Of a stretch of 64,000 bases of DNA, positions 31,431-40,048 are shown one piece after another; the first letter of the stretch is position 1, and each line of letters begins with the position of its first letter. Source of the stretch: an uncultured Acidimicrobiales bacterium (lineage in GTDB: Bacteria > Actinomycetota > Acidimicrobiia > Acidimicrobiales > UBA10347); contig CALSSD010000012.1 in NCBI GenBank assembly GCA_943788915.1, positions 1-64,000 on the forward strand, read 5' to 3'. The position numbers were made by a program, and so were the translations under genes. The notes under the pieces are model-generated. The model was given only the letters and a program-made list of their open reading frames with translations. It made no database searches and had not been told where the DNA came from.

Positions 31431-32927
31431 TCATTGTGGCGTGAAATGGATAGAGGCTGCTCGTTTGGCCCCTGGGCCCACGTTGGTGATCTTGACGCGG
31501 ATGCCGGTGGCCTCGAATGTGGTGATCGACTGCTGGAGCGTGGCAGCACCCGTATAGTCCAGCCGCCCTACACCCGCAAGGTCCAGGACAATCGTGTCAA
31601 TGGTTGGATCGTCGGCAAGTTTTGTTCGACAGATTGCTTCGATGCGGGGAACGGTCGCAAACCACAATACGCCACGTGGCGAGATCGTGAGGGTGGAGCC
31701 GGTGACCTGCTCGTCGGCGACCACATTGAGCTCACGATAGAGATGGACACCGATCGACAAAGCCACGCCCACGAAGATGCCTCGTTCGACCCGGGGGGCA
31801 AAGGCCAACGTCGCACCCAGCGTGCCCAACCCGACCACACCCTGTGGCACCGATACGGTGAAGAGGCGGGCGATGGATCGTAGGTCAATGAGCTTGACCA
31901 CTGAGGTAATCACAATTGCCGCCAGCACGGCCCGTGGAAGCGGCTCGGCCAGCGGAGCGAGCGGCAATGCGAACAACACGATGATGCCAGCAATCGCTCC
32001 CGTCCATGCGGTCTTGGCTCCCGCCATGCGCCCAAGTGCGCTCCGAGAGAACGAGCCGCCGACAGGAAGCCCACCGGACAAGGCAGAAGCGATATTGGCA
32101 ACACCTTGGCCGACCATCTCTTTGTTGGCGTCCCATCGTTGTCGGTCTTGAGCTGCAAAGGCTCGAGCGATCGAGGCTGGTTCTGCAAAGCCGACCAGAG
32201 CGATGGCCGCTGCAGCGGGCAGCAGGCCAAGTGACTCGTTCCACGGAAAGACGGTGTGAGGGCGTATGAACCCACCTGGTAGTTCACCGATCGTCTCGCC
32301 GCCATAACCGACCGCTGCACTGAGCAGAATGGCGCCCATCACGGCCACGAACACACCAGGGAAGAAACGATGGATACGCCGGCCGCCAACCATCAAGGCA
32401 GCGGTAGCTCCGGTAAAAAGGAGCGCGCCCACCTGCCACGACTGAGGCGATGCAACTGTGTCGACAGCGCGCTTGAGCACCCCGGTTCCTGTTGGTTGTG
32501 CGCCCACGGCTCCAGGCAGTTGGCTCGCAAGGATGAGAATGGCGGCTCCGGTTGTGAATCCGCCGAGCACCGGATCGGACAACAGATACGCAATCGTGCC
32601 CAGCCTGGCCAGACCAAGAAGGAGGCGAAGTATGCCGACCATCAGTGCAAGCAGAACCGCGAGTTCTATGTACTCGGCCGAAAAGGTCGGTGCCCGACCG
32701 GCAAGCGCCCCAAACGTCAGCAGCCCAGTCAGCGCAACCGGACCGGTTTGCAAATAGGGCGATGACACAAGCGGTGCCGCAACTATCAGCGGGAGCGCAG
32801 CCGAAAACAAACCAACCTGCGGCGGCAGGCCAGCAAGTTCGGCATACGCCATCGCTTGAGGAATTAGTATGACAGCGACAGACAAACCTGCGATGACGTC
32901 GGCGGTCGCAGGCGGGCGCAGGTTCAC
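31431..32927 (-). CDS. SulP/SLC26 anion permease with STAS domain
   Basis: D..AGLSVAVILIPQAMAYA.LAGLPP..GL, GSFSRS, C-terminal LDLAGV..LD.TG. Confidence 0.93.
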   Translation of the reverse strand: MNLRPPATADVIAGLSVAVILIPQAMAYAELAGLPPQVGLFSAALPLIVAAPLVSSPYLQTGPVALTGLLTFGALAGRAPTFSAEYIELAVLLALMVGILRLLLGLARLGTIAYLLSDPVLGGFTTGAAILILASQLPGAVGAQPTGTGVLKRAVDTVASPQSWQVGALLFTGATAALMVGGRRIHRFFPGVFVAVMGAILLSAAVGYGGETIGELPGGFIRPHTVFPWNESLGLLPAAAAIALVGFAEPASIARAFAAQDRQRWDANKEMVGQGVANIASALSGGLPVGGSFSRSALGRMAGAKTAWTGAIAGIIVLFALPLAPLAEPLPRAVLAAIVITSVVKLIDLRSIARLFTVSVPQGVVGLGTLGATLAFAPRVERGIFVGVALSIGVHLYRELNVVADEQVTGSTLTISPRGVLWFATVPRIEAICRTKLADDPTIDTIVLDLAGVGRLDYTGAATLQQSITTFEATGIRVKITNVGPGAKRAASIHFTPQ

Positions 32928-32939
32928 AGATGTGCGTGG

Positions 32940-34337
32940 TTAGACGCCCGCTGGCACGACGACTGGTTCGCCGGCTCCAGACCACGCGCCGTAGCCGCCG
33001 AGCAAGTCGGTGACATCGGTGAAACCAGCTTGCTCAAGTTTGCTAGAAGCGATCATGGAACGGAATCCGCCTGCGCAGTACAGCAGTGTCGGTTTCGTTG
33101 GGTCGAGTTCGTTGATGCGGTCGTTGAGCTGGGTTAAAGCAATCAGCGTTGCGCCCTCGATGACGCCGTCGGCGGTTTCGCCGGGCTGGCGCACGTCGAC
33201 CACCTGCAGGTCGGCTACACCGGCCATAGCAGCCTTGGCACCAGCGACCTCGACTCGGGAGCTGCGCACCACATGTTTTGGTGCGTTGGTAAACGCCTGA
33301 ACGGGGTCGGCCAGATGGCCGATCACGTCGTCGAATCCAATTCGTGCGAGCCGAGTTTTTGACTCGTTTTCGTGCGCTTCGTCGGCGACGATGACGATTG
33401 GGGTGCCAGCGGTGATGATGCCGCCTACAAATTCCGAGTAGCGGCCAGCGAGGCCGACATTGATGGATCCGCGGAGATGGCCGAGTGCAAACTCGTCCGG
33501 CGAACGGGAGTCGAGAACGATCGCTCGAGTCTGCTGGGCGTCCAATACTTCGGCGAGGTCGAGTGGGCGAGAACCCGTTTCCTCGAAGAACAGCGGGCGG
33601 ATGGCCTTGTTCAAAGCGGCGTCGTAACCAAAGTACGCAGGGGGAGCGGTCTGGCCTTCGGTGACGACATCGATAAAGGCCTCCTTGGTCATGGGTTGCA
33701 CCGCGTAGTTGTTTTCGCGCTGCACACCAATTGAACATGAGGTATTCGAAGAAAGGTTCTTGCCGCACGAGCTTCCGGCGCCGTGCCCGGGGTAGAGCAA
33801 CGTCTCGTCGGGCAGCGTCATGAGCTGTTCATGGAGCGAGTGGTACAGCTGGCCCGCGAGTTCCTCTTTGGTTACGCCCTTGGATGACAGAAGATCGGGG
33901 CGTCCGACATCGCCGATGAACATGGTGTCGCCGGTCAGCACACCGTAGGGCGCAGCGTCGTCGCCGTGTTCGTAGATCACGATGCTTATCGACTCGGGTG
34001 TATGGCCTGGCGTGTGGCGAATTTCAAGTTCGATCTCGCCGAGTGAAATCCGTTCGCCATGTGCGAGCTTGCGGCTCGGGAATTCTGGATCTGCAATCGA
34101 GCCATACGCAATCTCTGCACCGGTTGCTTCAGCCATCTCCAGATGTCCCGACAAAAAGTCAGCATGAAAGTGTGTTTCGAGCACCAGTTCGATGGTCATG
34201 CCATGTTCTTCGGCGGATGCAAGGTACGGAGCGATGTCTCGGCGCGGGTCGACGACGACCGCTCGGCCAGTCGATTCGTCGCCGATGAAGTACGACGCCT
34301 GCGAGAGGCACTCGAGGTAGTGCTGTTCGAAGATCAT
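32940..34337 (-). CDS. MBL-fold persulfide dioxygenase fused to two rhodanese domains (CstB/Blh-like)
   Basis: ETHFHADF, TPGHTPES, GDVGRPDL, PGHGAGSSCG; last rhodanese loop CAGGFRS; middle rhodanese lacks the Cys. Confidence 0.9.
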   Translation of the reverse strand: MIFEQHYLECLSQASYFIGDESTGRAVVVDPRRDIAPYLASAEEHGMTIELVLETHFHADFLSGHLEMAEATGAEIAYGSIADPEFPSRKLAHGERISLGEIELEIRHTPGHTPESISIVIYEHGDDAAPYGVLTGDTMFIGDVGRPDLLSSKGVTKEELAGQLYHSLHEQLMTLPDETLLYPGHGAGSSCGKNLSSNTSCSIGVQRENNYAVQPMTKEAFIDVVTEGQTAPPAYFGYDAALNKAIRPLFFEETGSRPLDLAEVLDAQQTRAIVLDSRSPDEFALGHLRGSINVGLAGRYSEFVGGIITAGTPIVIVADEAHENESKTRLARIGFDDVIGHLADPVQAFTNAPKHVVRSSRVEVAGAKAAMAGVADLQVVDVRQPGETADGVIEGATLIALTQLNDRINELDPTKPTLLYCAGGFRSMIASSKLEQAGFTDVTDLLGGYGAWSGAGEPVVVPAGV

Positions 34338-34574
34338 GGTCAGGACTTGCCTTTCACGATGAGGTTCCTGCGGTACACCGGCAAGCCGGGTTCCTTAGTT
34401 GCCGCATGGCTCTTTGGGTTTGGAGATTGATGATGGAATCGAGGGCGATGTTGGCTGGGATGGCCCTGGCTCGCAGCGGTGACCCATTTCTTATTGCGGA
34501 TGTCCGGTCATTTGCCAACGTAGGTCGGTGAACGTGATTCGTCAAGTGGCGACGCTGTTATGGGTGGAGCTTGG

Positions 34575-35000
34575 TCAGTCGTTGCTCGTAGCGAATGGGT
34601 GGCCAGCATCGAGCCATGACACGATCCCGCCGTCGACCTCTTGTACGTCGGTGAACCCGAGTTCGGTCATCAGGTCCGCGGCTTGACCGCTGCGGTTGCC
34701 TGAGCGGCAATACAAAAGATACGGCGTTTCCCGATCCAGGGAGGCGATCTGCTGGGCAAAGTCAGGGGAGTAGAAGTCAATCATTGTCGCGTTGGGAAGT
34801 CGCTGACTGACGAATTCCTCGGGGGTGCGCACATCGAGTACGACCAATCCTTCGGGTGGATTCTCAAAGACCACGGCGAATGCGTCATTGGGGGATACGG
34901 CTCGCACCCCAGTCTCGGTGTCGGCTCCACAGGCTCCAACGAGTGTGGCCAGTGAGGTGAGTAGCACGATGGCGACGCTTCGCTGGAAGCGCCGGTGCAA
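34575..35000 (-). CDS. Single-domain rhodanese lipoprotein
   Basis: Lipobox VGA-C; LDVRTPEEF; YCRSGNRS; GG...W. TTG 35000 preferred over ATG 35045, uncertain. Confidence 0.85.
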   Translation of the reverse strand: MHRRFQRSVAIVLLTSLATLVGACGADTETGVRAVSPNDAFAVVFENPPEGLVVLDVRTPEEFVSQRLPNATMIDFYSPDFAQQIASLDRETPYLLYCRSGNRSGQAADLMTELGFTDVQEVDGGIVSWLDAGHPFATSND

Positions 35001-35012
35001 TGGTTGAGAACT

Positions 35013-35036
35013 AATTGTCCGTTTATACGTACATTT
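35013..35036. promoter_or_regulatory. Candidate GntR/HutC-type operator upstream of rhodanese
   Basis: AT-rich AATTGTCCGTTTATACGTACATTT; minus strand holds TGTACGTATA and ACGGACA; related site at 35944. Confidence 0.45.
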
Positions 35037-35172
35037 AGCCCCCATGCAAATCTAAACTACGGAAACGGACGAAAACCGGGTCGAAATGTGAACCAGCAAC
35101 GAATGCAGCGTCAGTGGGGTGTCGTTGGGCGCCGAACGATTGGGCGGCCAACGAAGCGCCCGTCGTTGCTAC

Positions 35173-35934
35173 CTATACGGTGGTCGGGCGCAAGGTCGAA
35201 GCAGTGCCAGAGGTCCAGTCGGTCACGAATCGGAAGCGGTCACCGCGAATCACGGTGGTCCGAAACTCAATAGGTTCGCCATCGTGGGATCCAAGGCGCT
35301 CCAAGTAGAACGCTGCATCGCTCTTGGCGATATCGAGCCGCGCCCGATCGGCGGCATTGGGGACGATAGGGCTCAGACGTTCCCAGCCCTGGTTCGGCAC
35401 CTGCGAACCAATCGCTCGAAGCTCGTCATAGAGCGCAGTGTGCGTCCAGTCGGCATCCAGCAATGGTGCAGCGATGGTTTTCGGCAGCCATGCACGGTCG
35501 ACAGCCAATGGCGCGCCGCCTGCCATTCGCAGGCGGGAAACGAGGATGAGGTCGGCGTTCTCGGCAAGTTTCAGGTGTGACGCTGCCAGCGCATCGTGAA
35601 CGATTCCAAGTTCAAGGACCTCGCTGGTTTGTACAACACCGGTCGACTCAACCGATTGGAACAGGCTGTAGAGGGTGCCCAGCGACTGTTCGAACTCGGA
35701 CCGATTGACGACCGTGCCTCGGCCCCGTTCTCGCTTCAGCACGCCTGTCTTATTGAGATGACGGATTGCTTCGCGGACGGTATGGCGACTGACGTCGTAA
35801 TCGTTGGTCAGTGCGAGATCGGTGGGAAAGGGTCCGTCGTCGAATTCGCCGCTGTCGAGTCGGCGCTGAAGGTCGGCCTCGAGTTGGGCCCAGAGCGGGA
35901 GCGGGCTGTTGCGGTCGAGCGGCTGAGCAGACAT
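35173..35934 (-). CDS. GntR-family regulator, HutC subfamily (wHTH + UTRA)
   Basis: PL..QL, VSRHTVREA, RGRGT; C-terminal UTRA pattern (RLR...G.P, P.EF....RGDRF). Confidence 0.92.
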   Translation of the reverse strand: MSAQPLDRNSPLPLWAQLEADLQRRLDSGEFDDGPFPTDLALTNDYDVSRHTVREAIRHLNKTGVLKRERGRGTVVNRSEFEQSLGTLYSLFQSVESTGVVQTSEVLELGIVHDALAASHLKLAENADLILVSRLRMAGGAPLAVDRAWLPKTIAAPLLDADWTHTALYDELRAIGSQVPNQGWERLSPIVPNAADRARLDIAKSDAAFYLERLGSHDGEPIEFRTTVIRGDRFRFVTDWTSGTASTLRPTTV

Positions 35935-35943
35935 CGGAAGTAG

Positions 35944-35957
35944 AATATCCGTACTTT
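35944..35957. promoter_or_regulatory. Candidate autoregulatory GntR operator
   Basis: AATATCCGTACTTT (minus: AAAGTACGGATATT), about 10 bp before the gntR start; resembles the 35013 site. Confidence 0.4.
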
Positions 35958-36009
35958 GTGCTGATAAGGCGTAAATGTGCTTTCCCTATCACCTGCTGTG
36001 GTGGCGTGT

Positions 36010-36582
36010 TTAGGCTGTGGATCCAGGAGTTCTATGGGATGCCGCGATGAGCGCAGCAACTGCGGGTCGATCAGCGGGGCTAGTGCTCCAGCGAGCGTAC
36101 CGAAGTACGCCGTCGGGATCGATCACGAAGTCGCCACCCAGCTGGTGTATGTCTTCGGTTGGTCGACGCAGCGCTTGCATCCCTCGCCTGGACAAGATCT
36201 CGACGTACCGGCGCAAGACGGACCAGCCATAGATGCGGGGAGTTGACGCGTGGCCGAGTCCGTAGGTGTTGTAGGAGGCGCGATCCGGGTCGAGCAGAAA
36301 ACGAAGCGGCGACGGGTATCGCTCGAGGTAGGTCCCAAGATGGGAGCGTTCGGTGAAGGTGACGACGACGATTTCAACATCGGCACCAAAGTCGGCGAGA
36401 CGATCGCTGACCGCGATCACATGTTCTGCACACGGCAGTCAATGGATGTGCCGATGAAAGATCAGTACGACGTGTTTGCCTCGTTGATCGGCTAGGCGCC
36501 ACAGATCCCCGTGAGTGTCTTGAAGGACGATGTCCGGAGCAACAGATCCTTGGAGCGGCCGCTGTGCCGGCCCCCGTCTCAT
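36010..36582 (-). CDS. AhpC/TSA (peroxiredoxin-like) redoxin, probable selenoprotein (U48-x-x-C51)
   Basis: Manual translation upstream of the track ORF gives MRRGPAQRPLQGSVAPDIVLQDTHGDLWRLADQRGKHVVLIFHRHIH-(TGA 36441..36439)-LPCAEHVIAV, continuous with 36420..36010 (QLGGDFVIDPDG). Confidence 0.85.
36400..36420 (-). promoter_or_regulatory. Candidate bacterial SECIS hairpin
   Basis: GUGAUCGC-GGUCA-GCGAUCGU; 26 nt lie between the UGA and the loop, which starts with GGU. Confidence 0.65.
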
Positions 36583-36610
36583 AACGCTGGTGTCATAACG
36601 CTGGGGTCAT
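36579..36610. repeat. 14-bp tandem repeat over the redoxin start
   Basis: TCATAACGCTGGTG / TCATAACGCTGGGG / TCAT. Confidence 0.8.
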
Positions 36611-36870
36611 CGTGGGATCGCCATCGGTTCGATAGTTCTAGGAGCGAGATGCCCCAGGCTGTCACTCAACGCGCAAACTTTGGCGGATTCAAGTCGGAGC
36701 CACGCAAATAGTTGATGATCGAGCCGCAGAACAGCCAGAAGATCCAGGTTAGTGCCCATCGCATGGCGGAGTTCGCCGGTCATGAACGCGTATTCACCGA
36801 CCATGTCGCCAGGACTGCGTATCGCAATTACATGGATCCCTGGTCGCCGCGAACTTCGACGTGAAGGAGC
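36607..36870 (-). pseudogene. Cyclic-nucleotide-binding domain remnant
   Basis: HVIAIRSPGDMVGEYAFMTGELRHA...VLRLDHQLF fits the cNMP GE.A...R.A motif; no intact N-terminus. Confidence 0.55.
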
Positions 36871-36922
36871 GTGCCTCAGCAGTTCCTGCGAAGCGGGTTC
36901 TACTGGTTGCTAGCGTGCACGG

Positions 36923-37426
36923 GTGAGCTCGTTTGATCCCAGTCAGTATCCCAACCAGTCACAGAGTGCCGATTCGTCAACCGGCGCCGCTCCCGGCTGG
37001 TATCCGGTTGACCAGTGGAGCCAGCGTTATTGGGACGGCTACGAATGGACGAATCATGTTGCCCCGCTCGGACTCGGCGGCGGAGTCGCACCATCCAGCG
37101 GTGTAACCACGAATGAGCAGCGCACGTATGCACTGTTCATGCACTTGGGCTCTCTGTTTGCGGGTTTCCTGGTGCCGTTGATTATGTGGTTGATCAAGAG
37201 GGAAGAAAGCCCGTTCATCGATGATCATGGCAAGCAGTTGATGAATTGGAACATCAGCCTGGTCATCTACTTCGTCGCATCGGTCCTGCTTGTTCTGGTG
37301 GTGATAGGGATCCTCCTCATACCCATCCTGATTCTTCTGCACCTGATCTTTTCGATCATGGGAGCAGTTGCTGCGAACCGGGGCGATCTTTACCGGTACC
37401 CGATTGCGATCCCGTTCTTCTCCTAA
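36923..37426 (+). CDS. DUF2510 + DUF4870 (Tic20-like) membrane protein
   Basis: PGWYP...RYWDG.EWT; A...HL, PLI.W, HGKQ..N, G..YRYP. Confidence 0.85.
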   Translation: MSSFDPSQYPNQSQSADSSTGAAPGWYPVDQWSQRYWDGYEWTNHVAPLGLGGGVAPSSGVTTNEQRTYALFMHLGSLFAGFLVPLIMWLIKREESPFIDDHGKQLMNWNISLVIYFVASVLLVLVVIGILLIPILILLHLIFSIMGAVAANRGDLYRYPIAIPFFS

Positions 37427-37438
37427 CGCCGGATCACA

Positions 37439-38629
37439 TCAGAGCGACGCTCGGTACACCTGTGCAAGGGCAGCAACGCCACCGCGAATCGTGTCTAGAT
37501 CGGGTGCTCCAAAACACAGCCGCAATCGACGTTTGCCCCACTCGTGATCACTCGACCATCCAGAGCCCGGATTGAACTCAATGCCGGCTTGATTCGCAGC
37601 GAGCGCCAGCGCGTCGGTGTTGGTGCCAGCGGGGAAAGTGAGCCACACGTAGATACCACCCATTGGTTCGGTCACCTGTACGTTGTCGCCGAACTCTGAT
37701 CGGACGGCTGCGACCATGGCATCCGCCTTGGTGCGCAACGTATACATGAGCCGATCGACATGTTCGGTGAAGTTGGATGGGCAGTACTCGGCCAAAGCCA
37801 GCTGCTCGAGGGATCCGGTTCCAGCATCGGTCTTCAGCGCAAGCAGTTGCCGAATAACGGGTTCGTCGGCGATGACGTAGCCAACACGGAGCGCCGGAGC
37901 AATCGACTTGGAGAAGCTCCCGCAGTAGATGACCTGACCGCCATCACCATCGAGAGCCCGCAGTGAGAGCGGTCGCTCGCAACCCCAGGTCAGGTCCGCA
38001 TAACACTCGTCTTCGAAGATGGGCAATGAGTATTCGCGTGCAAGCCCCAGCAGCGCTCGACGTCGATCTAGAGGCATTACGGATCCGGTCGGATTTTGCA
38101 CGGTGGGAATCGTGTAGAGGTAACGAGGCGAAATATCTTGCGTCCGCAGCTCGTCGAGGACCGATCGCAGATGGTCGAGGACGATGCCGCCGTTGTCGAG
38201 TTCAATACCGACGTGGTTTACCCCCATGCGCTCGATACGAGACACCATGCCTCCATAGGTGGCCTGCTCGACAAGAACGGTGTCGCCCGGGGTGAGCATG
38301 GCGTTGTTGACGAGATCCAGCGCTTGCAACGATCCTGAGACCATGAGCACTTGATCAGGGCCGCCTTGGATTCCGGCTCTGGCCCCAAGTTGGCTGGCCA
38401 CGAACTCACGCAATGGCCGGTACCCGAGGGGCGAGCCGCCCAGGTTGTAGTAGGCCAGGTTTGAGCCTTCGCGGCGCAACGCGTTTACGAGGGCTTCGGC
38501 GAGACCGCTAAAAGGCACGCTGGCAGCGTCGTTGTGCCCACCGACGAAGCTGTACTCGGGTGGTGGTTGCCATGTGCCGCTTGCGGCAGGTAGATCAGAC
38601 CGGAAGGATGCCAGCATGTCGAAGGTCAT
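37439..38629 (-). CDS. PLP-dependent aminotransferase class I/II
   Basis: PTVQNPTG, EDECY, GSFSKSIAPALRVG, LRLCF. Confidence 0.9.
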   Translation of the reverse strand: MTFDMLASFRSDLPAASGTWQPPPEYSFVGGHNDAASVPFSGLAEALVNALRREGSNLAYYNLGGSPLGYRPLREFVASQLGARAGIQGGPDQVLMVSGSLQALDLVNNAMLTPGDTVLVEQATYGGMVSRIERMGVNHVGIELDNGGIVLDHLRSVLDELRTQDISPRYLYTIPTVQNPTGSVMPLDRRRALLGLAREYSLPIFEDECYADLTWGCERPLSLRALDGDGGQVIYCGSFSKSIAPALRVGYVIADEPVIRQLLALKTDAGTGSLEQLALAEYCPSNFTEHVDRLMYTLRTKADAMVAAVRSEFGDNVQVTEPMGGIYVWLTFPAGTNTDALALAANQAGIEFNPGSGWSSDHEWGKRRLRLCFGAPDLDTIRGGVAALAQVYRASL

Positions 38630-38706
38630 GACCGCCAGCTTGACACGTGGACGTGGACGTAGACGTCGAACAGCTCCTCGCTGGTCATGGCACTAGTCTG
38701 CGGTGG

Positions 38707-39126
38707 ATGACCAATGTTGCCAACGATGACGACTGCTTTGGCCACGTGCAATCGCTGCATGATGCCGACACGGCTGCCCAGCAGTTAGGTATTGAGCTTC
38801 GTGAAGCCGGTGCGGGAACCGCGATTGTTGCATTGACGGTTGCCCAGCAGCACCTGGGCAGTCTGGGCCAGCTGCATGGCGGCGTATTGTTCACAGTGGC
38901 CGATGTCGCCATGTCTTATGCTGGCAACAGCCGAGGGGGAACTGCGATGGCGATCCGGGCTGCGATTGATTACATCGACGCTGCCAGTACAGGCGATGTG
39001 CTCGTGGCTACTGCGGTAGAACACAGTCTGCGAGGTAAAGCTGGCATCTACGACGTAGCCATACGCACCGAATCTGACGACCGACTGATCGCCACCTTTC
39101 GAGGTAACACGCTGCGGTTGCGTTAA
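38707..39126 (+). CDS. PaaI-family hotdog thioesterase
   Basis: LHGGVLFTVAD, GIYDV, IATFRG; ATG 38707 preferred. Confidence 0.88.
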   Translation: MTNVANDDDCFGHVQSLHDADTAAQQLGIELREAGAGTAIVALTVAQQHLGSLGQLHGGVLFTVADVAMSYAGNSRGGTAMAIRAAIDYIDAASTGDVLVATAVEHSLRGKAGIYDVAIRTESDDRLIATFRGNTLRLR

Positions 39127-39193
39127 GTGGACCGCACGAAGGCCGCAGGGTCAGCGATGTGACGACATGACCACAACCGCTTCGTCCTGATCG

Positions 39194-39820
39194 CTAGTCC
39201 TGATCGTCGAAGTCCCATAAGGTGGGTGCATAGGTCACCGGTTTGGGTTCGGGCTTCGTGTCGCCAAGCGGACCACAGAGTCGTTCCAACAGGTTGCCCC
39301 AATCGAACCCTTCGGTGACCTCAGAGGCCCGTAGTTCGATGAGCCGATCTGGATCGACGTACTGCGGGATGATCAGATCGAGGATCTTTTCGATCTCATT
39401 GCGGAACTTCTCGTTGGTACTGCGCACGCCGTCGGCCTTTAGTGCCACGTCAGGGCGGAGTCGCACGAAGAGGTCGTAGGTCTGTGACCAGTTCTGTACA
39501 AGCGGCTTGACGTCGAAGGGATCCTCGCCCCGAGTAACCCGCAGAAAATAGGCAAAGTTGTCGACAACGGCTCGATCGAGCACAAGTACGTCGGCCTGGT
39601 TGCGCAGCTCAAGTTCTTGCTGTATCTGCGCCATGATCGCCCACAACTGGGCTTCAGGTGTCGCTCCTTCGTTACGCCCAAGCGGGCTGAAACGCACGAC
39701 CTCGCGGCCGACTTCAACGCTGCGGCCGCTACGCCCAACCGCCCCAGCGAACGAGTGAACGGCATTGGTCTTGCGCACGGAGTGTGAGCCGATAAAGGCA
39801 ATTTTGCGAGCCGGCGACAT
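39194..39820 (-). CDS. AAA_28/NadR-like P-loop kinase-fold protein with deviant Walker A
   Basis: KIAFIGSHSVRKT, EVVR, LDRAVVDNFAY, YDL, DGVRS. Confidence 0.75.
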   Translation of the reverse strand: MSPARKIAFIGSHSVRKTNAVHSFAGAVGRSGRSVEVGREVVRFSPLGRNEGATPEAQLWAIMAQIQQELELRNQADVLVLDRAVVDNFAYFLRVTRGEDPFDVKPLVQNWSQTYDLFVRLRPDVALKADGVRSTNEKFRNEIEKILDLIIPQYVDPDRLIELRASEVTEGFDWGNLLERLCGPLGDTKPEPKPVTYAPTLWDFDDQD

Positions 39821-39849
39821 CGGTGCTGAACTTAGCGCACCGGGATGAG

Positions 39850-39935
39850 CATGAAGTCGAGCGTCGCGCGATGGGTTCGATGAAGCGGTTTGTGTACCGC
39901 TTGTTTACGCGGGCCACGAGGCGGGGCAGGGGCAC
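39850..39935 (-). pseudogene. N-terminal remnant of a deazaflavin (F420)-dependent nitroreductase-family gene
   Basis: MPLPRLVARVNKRYTNRFIEPIARR resembles that family's N-terminus, then similarity ends. Confidence 0.5.
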
Positions 39936-40048
39936 GTGACCAAAGCTAGCGGCAGGTCAACGGACGTAGACCCGACACCGTTTCGTACGAGGCCGCAGTG
40001 ACGACTTCTTCAGTCACGTCCCAGTGTTCAACGAGTCTCCCCGTTGCA

